Source: Octopus sinensis
Taxonomy: Eukaryota
Assembly: GCF_006345805.1 (NCBI RefSeq)
Contig: NC_043001.1
Coordinates: forward strand, 100,936,001-101,000,000
DNA length: 64,000 nucleotides
Reading direction: 5' to 3'
The notes beneath the pieces are model-generated. The model saw only the letters and a list, made by a program, of their open reading frames with translations, made no database searches and was not told where the DNA came from. How positions within the stretch are numbered: the stretch's first letter is position 1; each line of letters begins with the position of its first letter. This document shows, one piece after another, positions 25,700 to 37,484 of the stretch. Position numbers and translations under genes: made by a program.

Positions 25700-25754
<55 letters not shown>

Positions 25755-25758
25755 TATG

Positions 25759-25793
<35 letters not shown>

Positions 25794-25860
25794 GTATATA
25801 TATATATATACATATATATATACATATTCATTTATTTATTTATATCTGTATATATTACAG
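25585..25860. repeat. (TG)n/(TA)n compound microsatellite
   Basis: Directly visible. Confidence 0.95.
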
Positions 25861-28325
25861 TAAGAACCATTCTGTGTTGTTATACATTAGCCTTTCACTG
25901 TTGTATGTGTGTGTGAGTGTGTGGGGGAGAGGAAGTGGTGAGAATAATCTAAAGGCTACAGATTGGTTTCCAAATCCTTTCATCTAATGCAAGGAATGGT
26001 TTGATTCAGCTGAGCAAAAATATTGAATGAAATCATCCAGTGGTTCTTTAAATATATGCTAATAGTGATATTGTTAGAAATTCTGTCTCGGTTCATATTG
26101 TGTTTTCCCTGCATAAAGTGAATATTACATGTTAGTGGAATGTCTTGTAATGTTTACTGAAAATGAAGATTTACTATGAAAGCACTAATGACAACATAGT
26201 CATGATGTCAGAATTGAGAGCAAGAGATACAATGTCAGTAATAAACTAAAAAATATCAAAGGCCACAGGGAACAACTGCTGTGCTGAGTTTATGGTAAAA
26301 GTATTTTTCTAGTAAGAAAAATGGAAAATAACATTTTTACATGAATTATATAATTAACAAGAATATAAGTGTAGATTCTCGTAGTGGAGATATCACTAAG
26401 CAGCAAGAATGAGAAGTCAAATGACAAACAGCCGTATAAATTTGAAAATACTGATATTCAATAGAAATATTTAAATATTTTATGATACAGGGTTTTGCTT
26501 TGATTGGATGTTTTTAATGTTTTCTAAATTTCATTGATGAGGCTGTGCTGTATGTCTACACTTTGGGATCAGACATCAAAGCTAGAGAAGAAGATTAGAA
26601 TATGGATGTGGATGGGATATACAAAAGACAGGAGGTTGGAGATTATATTACTGCTATTGAGCAATTGTAATTGCTGCCGAAGCTGGATATTATAACTGTT
26701 CGACAGCAGTAAACATTGATATTGAATGTTTAGACTTGAGAGCAGATATATGACACCAGAAATGGCAAACAAAGTGACTGGAAAGAGAGATGAATGTAGA
26801 AATAGGAACACAGTGAATTCAATGGATATTGTATCTAAAATTTCATCCTTACCTTACAGAGAGCATTTAAAAGAGTTGACAGACTGAGAGCAGACCTTGA
26901 AGAGAGAGAGCGAATTACTGAGGAGATCAGGAATTGCAACAAAAAGACTTTGACTAGCAAACAACCAATTGATTGTTTAACCATCACATTAAACAAATAA
27001 TTGATAAGTTAGTTGGTTAGATATTTAACCAATTGACTAACAGTAAAGAACTGATATAGAACCTGTGCATGTGTTATTATTGGTATGATGACCGTCCCAA
27101 GGTGCAACAAAACTTAGCTTACCAAGTAAAAGGTGTTTAAGAATTAATGTGAAGCTCAATCTTAATCCATTAATCTGTCAAGATCAACTTGGTTAGTCTT
27201 ATATCTAATTTCAGTCTCTATATATTTTTATATAATCAATCAACTACCCAAATGAAAAATTTAGGTCTATTACAAATTTGATCCGATGCAGAGGAAAGTA
27301 GTTTAATCATTGCCAAAAGTGAAAGTGGTTGAAATGGCTGGGAGCGTAACACATTTCATGTGAATTTATTTGTTTTTCTGTAGCATACAATAAGTATAAT
27401 TCCTGAGAATGCCGAAGGGGGATAAAATGATACATGGTCTAAATTCTTTAGAATTTAAATAAAATCTACTAGAAATACTAGAATCATTGCCTTCAAGTGA
27501 TATCTCGACTGAGTTCAAAATAAATAGGTTTCAAAAGTCAGAATGAAAAGATTTCAAACCTGACATACACTTAGACGCCAGCTCTGCATGCATTCTTAGA
27601 AAAAATGCATAAAGAAAATCCAAATGCATTCCAAGGTTTCTGCAAAAGATACTGCACTATGGCTGAATAAAAGATCAGATAATCTTGTGTCTTTGGATCA
27701 TGATTAAGAAAGAGAGACTGTTGTAATTGTTCACCGTTTTTAACAGCAGGAATGATCAGACGAAAATAAGTATTTGAAAATGACAACAATGTCTGATTGT
27801 AAGGAATATTTATGTGGCTCCATGACTAAGTAGAGAAGAGACTTTTCAGATTTCTATACTTGGCAGCAAAGATATGTTAGATTCTTTACCTGGTTTTAGG
27901 GTTAAAGCAGTAAACTAGGAATCTGCAAAGTCAGACTCTGTTGAAATCCAAGATGTTGTATCACTTTTTGTCTTCACTTTATTTGAAATAATTGAAATCA
28001 CATCTTTAGGAATTTGGAGACTATCCTAAATAATCACAGACAGAATTAGTTGGTCATTTCAACAAAGTGTTTTGTGATATTTAATTATTTCCATTTCAAA
28101 TACTACCAAACTTACTTTTGCTTTCCATTCTTTTAGGGTTAATAAAATAAGTTGGAGTGAAGGAGTGGAATCACTTTAATCAACAATATTCTTTATTATG
28201 GAATTAAACCTGTCCAAGAAATCATTACTAATTTGGCTGTACTCTATAAAATAGAAACTCAGTGTTTGGAACAATTGAGATATTTTATTTTAACTGAAAG
28301 CAATTCTACATACATACGTGCATAT

Positions 28326-28387
<62 letters not shown>

Positions 28388-29397
28388 ATCACTGACTTTT
28401 ACTTGGTTCAAGATATTATCATACAACATCAAATATAGACAATAGAACAGGATCTCATTGAGAAGAAGAGTCTCTCAAATGTTACAGACTTATTTTCCCC
28501 GACAGAAGAATAAGAATTTTAATTTTTTAAGAAGCCATACACAATTCTTTATTGAATATAATTTCTTATGTTTCCTGTAATATTATGCTAGCAAAAGTTT
28601 GGCAGCCAAATAAATTTCTTATAATTAATTTTCTTTTTTCAGAAATGTTTTAGGGATATTTACGTCTTTGTCATTCTGAAAAATTGCGTATGACTGGTGG
28701 CAGGAAATGTTTTATACATAATGCCAAAGAATTTGGTACATTGTCATTATAGACAGCATAAATACAATGATCAATGAATTAGTTTACAAGTTGAGAGAAC
28801 AAAAACGATTTCAACAGCAACAACAACAACAATCACTTACCATTTTAAGAAATCAAAATACCAGACACAAGGCTACTACAAATACATAGAATTGGTTCCA
28901 TCAATGCATGTACCTCACTGGTACTTCAATTTTACAACCTCTGGAACATTAAAAACTAACATCAACCTTGACAGGAATTTGTTCTCAGAACACGAATGGG
29001 CTTACCTAAATACCACAAGGCACTCAATAAGATATTCTACAAATTCTTCTCTCCCTCACCTTCATTTAAATAACAATAACGATGTAAGGATTCTTCTAAA
29101 GTCTTCTGGCATTTTTTGTCAAATTCTTTGACATTGCTATAATGATGTACTCATCTAAGGACTTCTAGTAAATTGTTTTAACTTTTGTTTTTGTCTAAAT
29201 AAAAGATTTCGTCCAATATTGAACAGTCAGACATTTACAGAAAAGAATGTTACACACTGTTTTATTTTTACTTATTCTCTAACACTTCAGATTGAGGTAA
29301 ATCACAAAAGACACTTTACAATGACCACGAATCATTTATATATACATGCATATATATTTATATCTTTCTCTCTTTCTCTCTCTTTCTCTCTCTCTCT

Positions 29398-29446
<49 letters not shown>

Positions 29447-29459
29447 ATGTCCTAGCTGG

Positions 29460-30320
29460 ATTTGTCAATCTCTCATTCCCCGCTGCATTCCTTGCAAAGA
29501 AGTTGAGAGGGTTGCAGTTAGGTGAGTTGAGAGGTTAAATGTCAGGTGTTGTGTGATAGAAGAAACCCTCTGACAGCTAGGCCTGGGTCTTCTGTCTTGT
29601 GTGACAGGGGACAGGGTCTAGCTGCCACACATTCAGCCTCCTTACAGCTGCCTGGTTGAACCAGGGCTTTACCACCGCGCTCAGAACATGTATGCCAGCA
29701 TCAGTGTTCAGTCTGAGGCTTTCAGGGAAGAAGTGGGGTGGCATGATGCCACCTTCACTGCTGATGATACCAGCTGGAAAGTTCGTCTGGATGACTTTGG
29801 GCATGCCCCTGGGTGAGACAGCAAGTTACCTATTGTTTTGGGAGTTGATCTTCTGGTCTTGAAAGAGATTTTTCCATCTGAGAAGAACCACAGCATGCCT
29901 GTCTTCAGGTGTGTTTCAACTTGTCGATCAGCTTCTTGGAGTGCTTATGTCACTTTTCCTGCATCACTTTGCACAGAAATTTTCCTTTCCTCATCTTGTG
30001 TGAAAAGTAGCCAATGTCCTCATGCAACCCCATCCTGATGAGCTTTTCATTCACACCTTCCTCCTGTGCAATGGCATGCACTGACTTGCTGGGATCATAG
30101 TTGAGGACCTTCTACATTTCAGTGACAAATTCTGGTGTTGTGAGGGCATCAGATCGTTGATCATGGGTTTTCCTCTCTGCTGTCACCATGTAGTCGAATA
30201 CTGAATCTTTCAGCTCCTTTCTGGCCTTTTCCACCCTATTTCTGCTGACATTGAGGAAGTATGAAATCTTGTTTGTCCTTCCAGCACAAATTCCAAGGAC
30301 GATTCCATGCCTCTTCCACA
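29460..30320 (-). mobile_element. Degenerate maT-type (DD37D) Tc1/mariner transposase
   Basis: WFFSDGK (D1), SSEGGIMPPHFF...VLSAVVKPW, WQLDPVPCH (D2), then exactly 37 residues to the D3 position in NSPNCNPLN (GAC to AAC); internal stops. Confidence 0.8.
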
Positions 30321-30334
30321 AATTTGTGGAGGTG

Positions 30335-30545
30335 GGGGGACAAACACAGACACACAAACATATGCATATATATATGTATATACAATGGGCATCTTTCAGT
30401 TTCTGTCTACCAAATCCACTCACAAGGCTTTGGTCGGTCTGAGACTATAGTAGAAGACACTTGCCCAAGATACCAGACAGTGGCACTGAACCCAGAACTA
30501 TGTGGTTAGGAAGCTAGCTTCTTACCACACAGCTGTACCTGCACC
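30335..30545 (-). mobile_element. Partial SINE family A copy
   Basis: aagacacttgcccaag...actgaacccag...cttaccacacagc. Confidence 0.8.
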
Positions 30546-30734
30546 TGCACTTGCGTATATATATATATTTATATATACATATATGCATGGAAAGTATTAA
30601 TGAGACGCTTGGGGAGGGGAAAGAAAGAAAGAAAGGGTGTTTTACGTTTCAAGCAAAGCTCTTCTTCAGAAACAGGAGAAGTAGACTGGAAGTAGAACAG
30701 AAGATATACAACCATACATACATACATACATACA

Positions 30735-30766
<32 letters not shown>

Positions 30767-30772
30767 CACACA

Positions 30773-31585
30773 CGAGGTTTGATCAATAAGTATCCAGAAT
30801 GTTGCCATAGTAACGAAGTTAAAGCAATCAGAGTGATGCTGCTTGGCACAAATTGACCTTGAACTCTGTTGTGCTTGTGCAATAAGTTTTAACATTCTAG
30901 CTCACTTCTGCTGTTTACAGCAGTGCTTGGAACAAAGGCATGTAGCATGTGATCATTGCACTGACCATGGCAGAGAAAGTTGTTATGGCAATACCTGCTC
31001 AAAGGTCTATACAACATGCCAGCAAGTGTATGGAGAGCAAGGTATGAGCTGCACGCAAGTACACAGGTGTTTCAGACGTTTCCAAGATGGCCAAAAAATG
31101 TCGATGTTAATGAACGTTCTGGGAGATGCGCAATCAGCAGAACTGAGAAAAACATTGCAGATGTGCATTCAGCTGTGAGAGGAAATCCTCGAATCACCAG
31201 AGGATGTGCAGATTAGTTACATTTCGACTCAGTCCATTATCACTGAAGATTTAGGTATGAGATGTGTATCTGCCTTTATTGTGTTAAGAATGATGAAAAC
31301 CTTTTGAAAACATTGTGTAGGCCACTGAGCAGGTATTGCCAAGCTTTTGGTAAAATTTGATGCAGAAACTTTGCTCAACTTTCTCCATCATGGTCAATGT
31401 GACAATCATACGCTACACACCTTCCTTCCTAGCACTGCTGTAAACAGTGAAAGTGAGCTAGAATGTTATATCTCAGTGCACATGCACAGCAGAGTTCAAG
31501 GTCAATCTGTGCCAAGCAGCTTCACTCTTTGTGCTTTAGCATCATCACTATGGCAATAGTCTGGTTACTCATTCATCAGACCATG
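30773..31585. mobile_element. Mariner fold-back: two 5' ends in inverted orientation
   Basis: 30773-30927 pairs with 31431-31585. Both arms continue into transposase N-terminus: plus VYGEQGMS..QVHRCFRRFQDG..NERSGR...ITEDLGMRCVSA; minus MMEKVEQSFCIKFYQKLGNT. Confidence 0.8.
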
Positions 31586-32569
31586 CATATATACATGCGT
31601 GTGTGTGGGGTGGGGTGGGGTGTAGGTATATAAATTTATAGATATACATACATAGATATCTGTATATCAGCAAAAGAGGTAAACATTGATGAAGTTGAAG
31701 ACTAAAGCTGGTCAAACGAAAGCTGTTGTGTTTTGTAGTCTTGCTCTTATAAATACTGTGGCCCAGGGTTTGGCCCTTTGGAAATCTCTATTCAACAACA
31801 CGGTTTTTCACAAAACATAATATAAAATGAAAAGCCAATCAGTAAATGATATAAATTTCATTGTCTCACAGCAACCGTGATAAGCTGGGGCAAAGTTTGA
31901 ACTTATCAGTTTGTTATCAGTAGTTCTATACCTGAGTCTCATGATTCTTGAGTCCATAGATTTATCAGAATGTCAGATCGTTTTTTTTTTTCCGCTGCAT
32001 CTCTATTTTGTTTCTCATAATTTTTTTCCCCAAAGTCCCATTATTTAAGTTGAAAGTTCTAACAAAAGGATTCATTAGAAACACTCTGTCAGGTTCTTTG
32101 ATTCCTCATCAGAAGATAGACTTGTCTGGGTAATGTAGCAGTATATATTATGGTTTCCTGTAAGGTTCAATTGGTTTTAATATATTCTATATAGGAATCA
32201 GCATATTTCTGTTCTTGATATAGCAGCAGCGGCAACCAGTACCAAGTGTTGTCTCACCCCCTCCACCACCACCACCACCAAATACATAAACACTAAGCAG
32301 AAATTACTGGACATCAAAAGATTTCTCCGTTTGATAATAGTTAAAAAGTAAAAACAAAAAACTCTGGTTGACTGCCTGTTGAAAAGAGGACTAAAAGAAT
32401 GCTAGCCACTGTAGTGGAAATCCTTGCCTTTCAACCTGACTGTAATATACTATGCACTAACAAGCAGCCTGTCTCGATCAATCCCTCTGAAGACAGATGC
32501 TTGCTGCCAGTATTAGGTTAACAGTGTGAGTCAAACGAGATTATTGTGTAATGATTAAATTTTACGACT

Positions 32570-32628
32570 GTATGTGTGTGTGTATGTGTGTGCATGATGT
32601 ATTTATGTATACTTATATATGTATGCAT

Positions 32629-32676
<48 letters not shown>

Positions 32677-32680
32677 ACAA

Positions 32681-32712
<32 letters not shown>

Positions 32713-32885
32713 ATATATACATACATACATACATACGTACATACATACATTCATACATACATATAAACATACATACAACCATACATACGTACTTACATAC
32801 ATACATACATTCATTCATACATACATACATACATATACATACATTCATATACATACATACACACACACATACATACATATATACA

Positions 32886-32919
<34 letters not shown>

Positions 32920-32955
32920 CATACATACATACATACATACATACATACATACGCA
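32570..32955. repeat. (TG)n/(TA)n/(CATA)n compound array
   Basis: Directly visible. Confidence 0.95.
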
Positions 32956-33242
32956 TAAATGTATAGCAGAAAAAGGAAGGATATTCTTTTCCAGTTTCGA
33001 ATAACTGAAGGAATCCCACTGCCAGTGTTATTTGAATCCATTTGATTGCGCCCATACTGGAGCATCGTCTCTGGGGTCTATACTAAACTTTTTTGTTTTT
33101 TGTATTTACTTTACAAACATCAGAAAGAAGATATTTTTGTTTGATGTTTCATGATTTAGCTGAAAGTGCTAAATAATGGAATCAAAATCCAGAAGCCAGT
33201 TGCTTATTAGATTTGTTAAAGACATTGTGACATGTCTTATAA

Positions 33243-35484
33243 CAGACATGTCAAACTCCTGGCCCAGGGGCCACTTCCGGACTGTGCAGCATTTTCATCT
33301 GGCCCGCGGTACCAGCTTGATATATCAGCAAGAAATTGGTCCAAATGGTGGCATCAGCAAATAGGCTGCTTTGCTGCTCTCAGCAACACCCATGCCTTCT
33401 TGTTACAACTACACATACATAGTGTGTGGCTAAAGCAGGCCTTTACATTATATATAGCACCGACTGCACTAGCTTTCTTACTAAAGGTGTCACCAAAAGT
33501 AGCAATGATTTAATACATGACTAGAAACGATACAACTGTAACTATTACACCCTGTCTGTACAAAAAGACACGTTAAAGAGGCATGATAACACAGTCGCAA
33601 GTCTTGATTGTAACTGCAACAAAGCATGCTGGGAAATGCCTCCTTCAATTCTCTAATCGTGTGTTGTAAAGCGTTGATGACACAAAATCTACTAATCCCA
33701 CAATGCACTGCAAGAGCCACCTTGCTGCTCTTTTGGGTGATCACTTTCACATAACATCAGAACTGTGAAGAACTGTGTCATGAAAATATATGACATTTTG
33801 TGTCCAGACAAGAAGCTGATGTGAGTCTCAGCAGAAATACAGTTGCTGATTGGGTGTGTGAGATGGCCACTGATTTGAAAACAGAGTCGATTGAAAAAGG
33901 AAAAGATCTTTTTCCATACTCACTTGTGGATGAAACTACTGACACAACTGGTACAGCTCATTTGGTTATCTTTCTCCGTGGAGTGGACTCTAATTTGTTC
34001 ATCATGGAGGAAATTTTGGACATTAAATTGATACACGGGACAACAGCAGGAAAGGACCTTTTTGAAAAAATATGTCAGTGTGTAACCGACATAAAACTGC
34101 CATGGGACAAACTTGTTGGACTTACAACTGATGGAGCACTGGCGATGTACAGCAAGAAAAGTGGACTAGTGGGTAGGATACGTTTAAAGATGCAAGGAGA
34201 GAACTGTGCTGGTGAGTTGACAACATATTACTGCATTATACACTAGGAAACGCTGTGCTCTAAGACCTTAAAAATGGAACATGTAATGAGCACCACTGTA
34301 ACGCAGACCATAAACTTTATCCAAGCCAAAGGGTTAAATCACTGCCAATTTCAGTCTTTCCTGCAGGAAATGCATTCAGCATTCGGTAATGTGCCTTATC
34401 ATATAGAGGTGTGGTGATTCAGTCGGAGAAAGGTCCTCAACATAGTTTTTGAGTTGGTTGAGGAGATATGTCAGTTCTTGGACAGTAAAGGGGAAGAATC
34501 TAAAGTTCTGCAGGATGAAATGTGGAAATGCAAATTGGTGTTTCTGGTTGACATAATTGCACATTTCAGTGTTTTAAAAATCCCGCAACAGGGACGGGAT
34601 TGAATGATCTGTGATATGTATGATGCAGTGAAGGCATTTCAAGTGAAGCTGCACTTATGGGAGACACAAATGCACCAATTGAACTTGTCTCACTTTCCCT
34701 GCTGCCAAGTAATGTTGAGCCAAGTCAGTGCCACTGTGTTCCAAAAGCAACACTTTGCTGATAATTTGAATGCATTCTGCACTGAATTTGCATGGAATCA
34801 AAATAATTTCAAGCTGCTTCAAAATCCATTTACCATCAATGTGGAAGAAACTGCACCTGTTCAGGTTCAAATGGAGCTGATAGAACTGCTGTGTAATGGG
34901 ACATTATAAGGAATGTATGACTCTGTGGGGCTCGCACAGTTCACTTGCTTCATACCTGAAGCAATGCAGAGCAAATGCTGTCTTTGTTTGGAAGCACATA
35001 TCTGTATGAGCAGCTGTTCTCTGTGATGAAGATGAATGAAACGTTACATAGGCAGCGTCTCACAGATGAACACCTGCAATCCATCCTGAGACTCCCAACA
35101 ACACAGAACCTTGCTCCAAACGTGAATGAACTCGTTGTCAAGAGAAGATGCCAAGTATGCAGCTCCCACAAAATCGCAGAAAGAAAATTGGAAGTTTTGA
35201 TTTAATATTTTAATTTCCACAAAAAACACATTTTTATATATATATATTTTCTTTTTGTTGCAACAGGTTTTTATTTAAAATTTTTTTATAATTATGACAG
35301 GAGATAGTTTTATGCAGAGCAAAATATTTTAAATAATTTCAGTTAAAGTTAATATATTTTTGGGATAAAATTATATACCATCTGTTTCAATACATGTTCG
35401 TGTTCAAAAATTTTTAGTCTATTCAATAAATGATTATCCTATTTGGCCCACGACCTAAAGTGTGCTTTAAGGTTTGGACCCCTG
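33243..35484 (+). mobile_element. Degenerate hAT (Charlie/SPIN, GTF2IRD2-like) DNA transposon
   Basis: Ends CAGACATGTCAAACT / reverse complement CAGGGGTCCAAACCT with tggccc subterminal motifs. Pieces SLSRNTVAD, VDETTD, WDKLVGLTTDGA, YCIIH*E, MYDAVKAFQVKLHLWE, FGSTYLYEQLFSVMK...RLTDEHL. Several stops; no matching 8-bp TSD (TCTTATAA vs AAGCCAGT). Confidence 0.85.
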
Positions 35485-35614
35485 AAGCCAGTTGCAACTT
35501 CTATTTGCAAGTGAATTAACAAGATTTGAAATAGGTTTTAAGATTAACCATAAATTTTTACGGATAAATTTGTAAAATAGTCTTTCGTTCATCATCACCA
35601 TCCTCATAACCACC

Positions 35615-35770
35615 ACCACCACTATCATCATCATCATCATTAAACATCTGCTTTCCATTTTGGCATGGATTGGATGGTTTGACAATAGCTGGCAAGCCAG
35701 AGGACTAAGTTAACGTCTATTGTATGTTTTGGTGTGGTTTCTATCCCCTCAGCTAAGAGGAAAAGTATTG
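35615..35770 (-). mobile_element. Degraded RTE 3' tail
   Basis: (CAT)n-taaacatctgctttccat...gcatggattggatgg. Confidence 0.6.
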
Positions 35771-36459
35771 AAAGAAATGCCTTCATGCCAGTTGATGTGA
35801 GGTTGAAAGAAACTTCTAATTATTTCAGATATCTAACTGTAGCCATGCTGGGGTGCCACTCTTTTTGTAAATTTCTAGACATGAGCTTCAACTTCAGTCC
35901 TATTGTATGTCACCTTCCCTGAGTGTCTTCTACGATAGCCCCACACTGACCATCATTTTGCAACTGAATTTCGTTGGCAGATAATGAAAAGAATACTATT
36001 TTATACATATATATGTGTGTATACAAGGTAGGTAGGTAGGTAGGTAGGTCGGTAGATAGGTATTTATGTATGTAGGTAGGGAGATAGTTAGCTTGCTAGA
36101 TTGCTAGATAGATAAATAAATTGATTGTCTCTTTTTAAGAAATTTCTTTTTACCCCCACAATTGAACTATCCATAAAGATATTTCTTTATATACCAGAAA
36201 AATACACTATTATCCTAGATCCATTTGGCGTCTACTTCACATCTATTTTGCAAACTAAGAAGTAACTGTCAACCGTTTCTTTGTGAAAATAAAATAAATC
36301 CGATAGTCTCCTAAAGAGAATTTTGAGTGACCCTTCAGTATCATATTTGACTGTTTTTATATTTAACAATACATAAAAAGATTTGTTGATGAAACAACAC
36401 TCTTTTAAGCTGAGAATTTTCCTAGCATTGATTGTAAACAAGAAAAGATGCAGCAACAA

Positions 36460-36830
36460 CTCCACACCCATTCCCATGAAGAATTTAGCAGCCAAAATAT
36501 ATTACCTGGAAGTAGTATTACAAAGAGAAAAAGGAAAAGAAAAGAAAACAGAACTCTCTTCATAAGAATGAGATGGAATATTCATCATTACATGAAAGAC
36601 AACAACGATGAAAATTCCATAAACTACATTTGAAATGGTCAAATGTCCACCGTCCAATTGGCTATTACGACCATTTAAGGATGAACTCTTTGCAATAACC
36701 AAAAATATCTGATTCACCAAGTGATCTAAGACCTTGTAGAATGAAGTCAAGTAGAAAATTATTTGCATTAAAAACAATGAAATCTTATTTGTTAAGTGAG
36801 ATAAGACCAATAACCTCTACTCTATAAGCC
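36460..36830 (+). mobile_element. Degraded N-terminal fragment of a second Penelope-like element
   Basis: PMKN...TLFIRMRW...KCPP...LRPFKDELFAITKNI*F...LFVK*DKTNNLY resembles recalled PLE N-terminal motifs (SMKNIP, RMRWKA, PFE.DL..LI.NIKF, ADKT.N.Y). Confidence 0.5.
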
Positions 36831-37102
36831 CTCTTATAATCCTCTGCTTTCTAAATCGATCTCTTATATCTACAAAAAAGGAAAAAAAAAAGAAAAAGAA
36901 CGAAATATTCTAATTTAAATGACATAAAGACAACAGAGCAAAAAATATCCACCAACTTAAAAATATAAAACAAAACAGATATCTTAACAGCTAAATGCTT
37001 ATAGATATCTCAATGAAAGCCCATCACTGTAATCTCAGTAACAGCCATCTGTGAAGCTAGTAAACCCTTGTAAATCTAACAGAAGCACCATTAGTAAGAA
37101 CA

Positions 37103-37484
37103 TTATTGACACACATGCATACCTGACATAAAATTTATTGACACACATGCATACCTGACATAAAATTTATTGGCACACATGCATACCTGACATAAAATTT
37201 ATTGACACACATGGATACCTGACATAAAATTTATTGACACACATGCATACCTGACATAAAAATTATTGACACACATGCATACCTGACATAAAATTTATTG
37301 ACACACATGCATACCTGACATAAAAATTATTGACACACATGGATACCTGACATAAAAATTATTGACACACATGCATACCTGACATAAAATTTATTGACAC
37401 ACATGGATACCTGACATAAAGATTATTGACACACATGCATACCTGACATAAAAATTATTGACACACACAGGTACCCAACATAAA
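37103..37484. repeat. 32-bp minisatellite, about 12 copies
   Basis: Unit ttattgacacacatgcatacctgacataaaa(t/a) starts at 37103, 37135, 37167 and onward. Confidence 0.95.

Noticed and set aside
24810-28870. Strong minus-strand GTAAG donors at about 24818 and 28840 as host exons
   Set aside because: Adjacent frames are short and unrecognisable, and such motifs are expected by chance in 64 kb.
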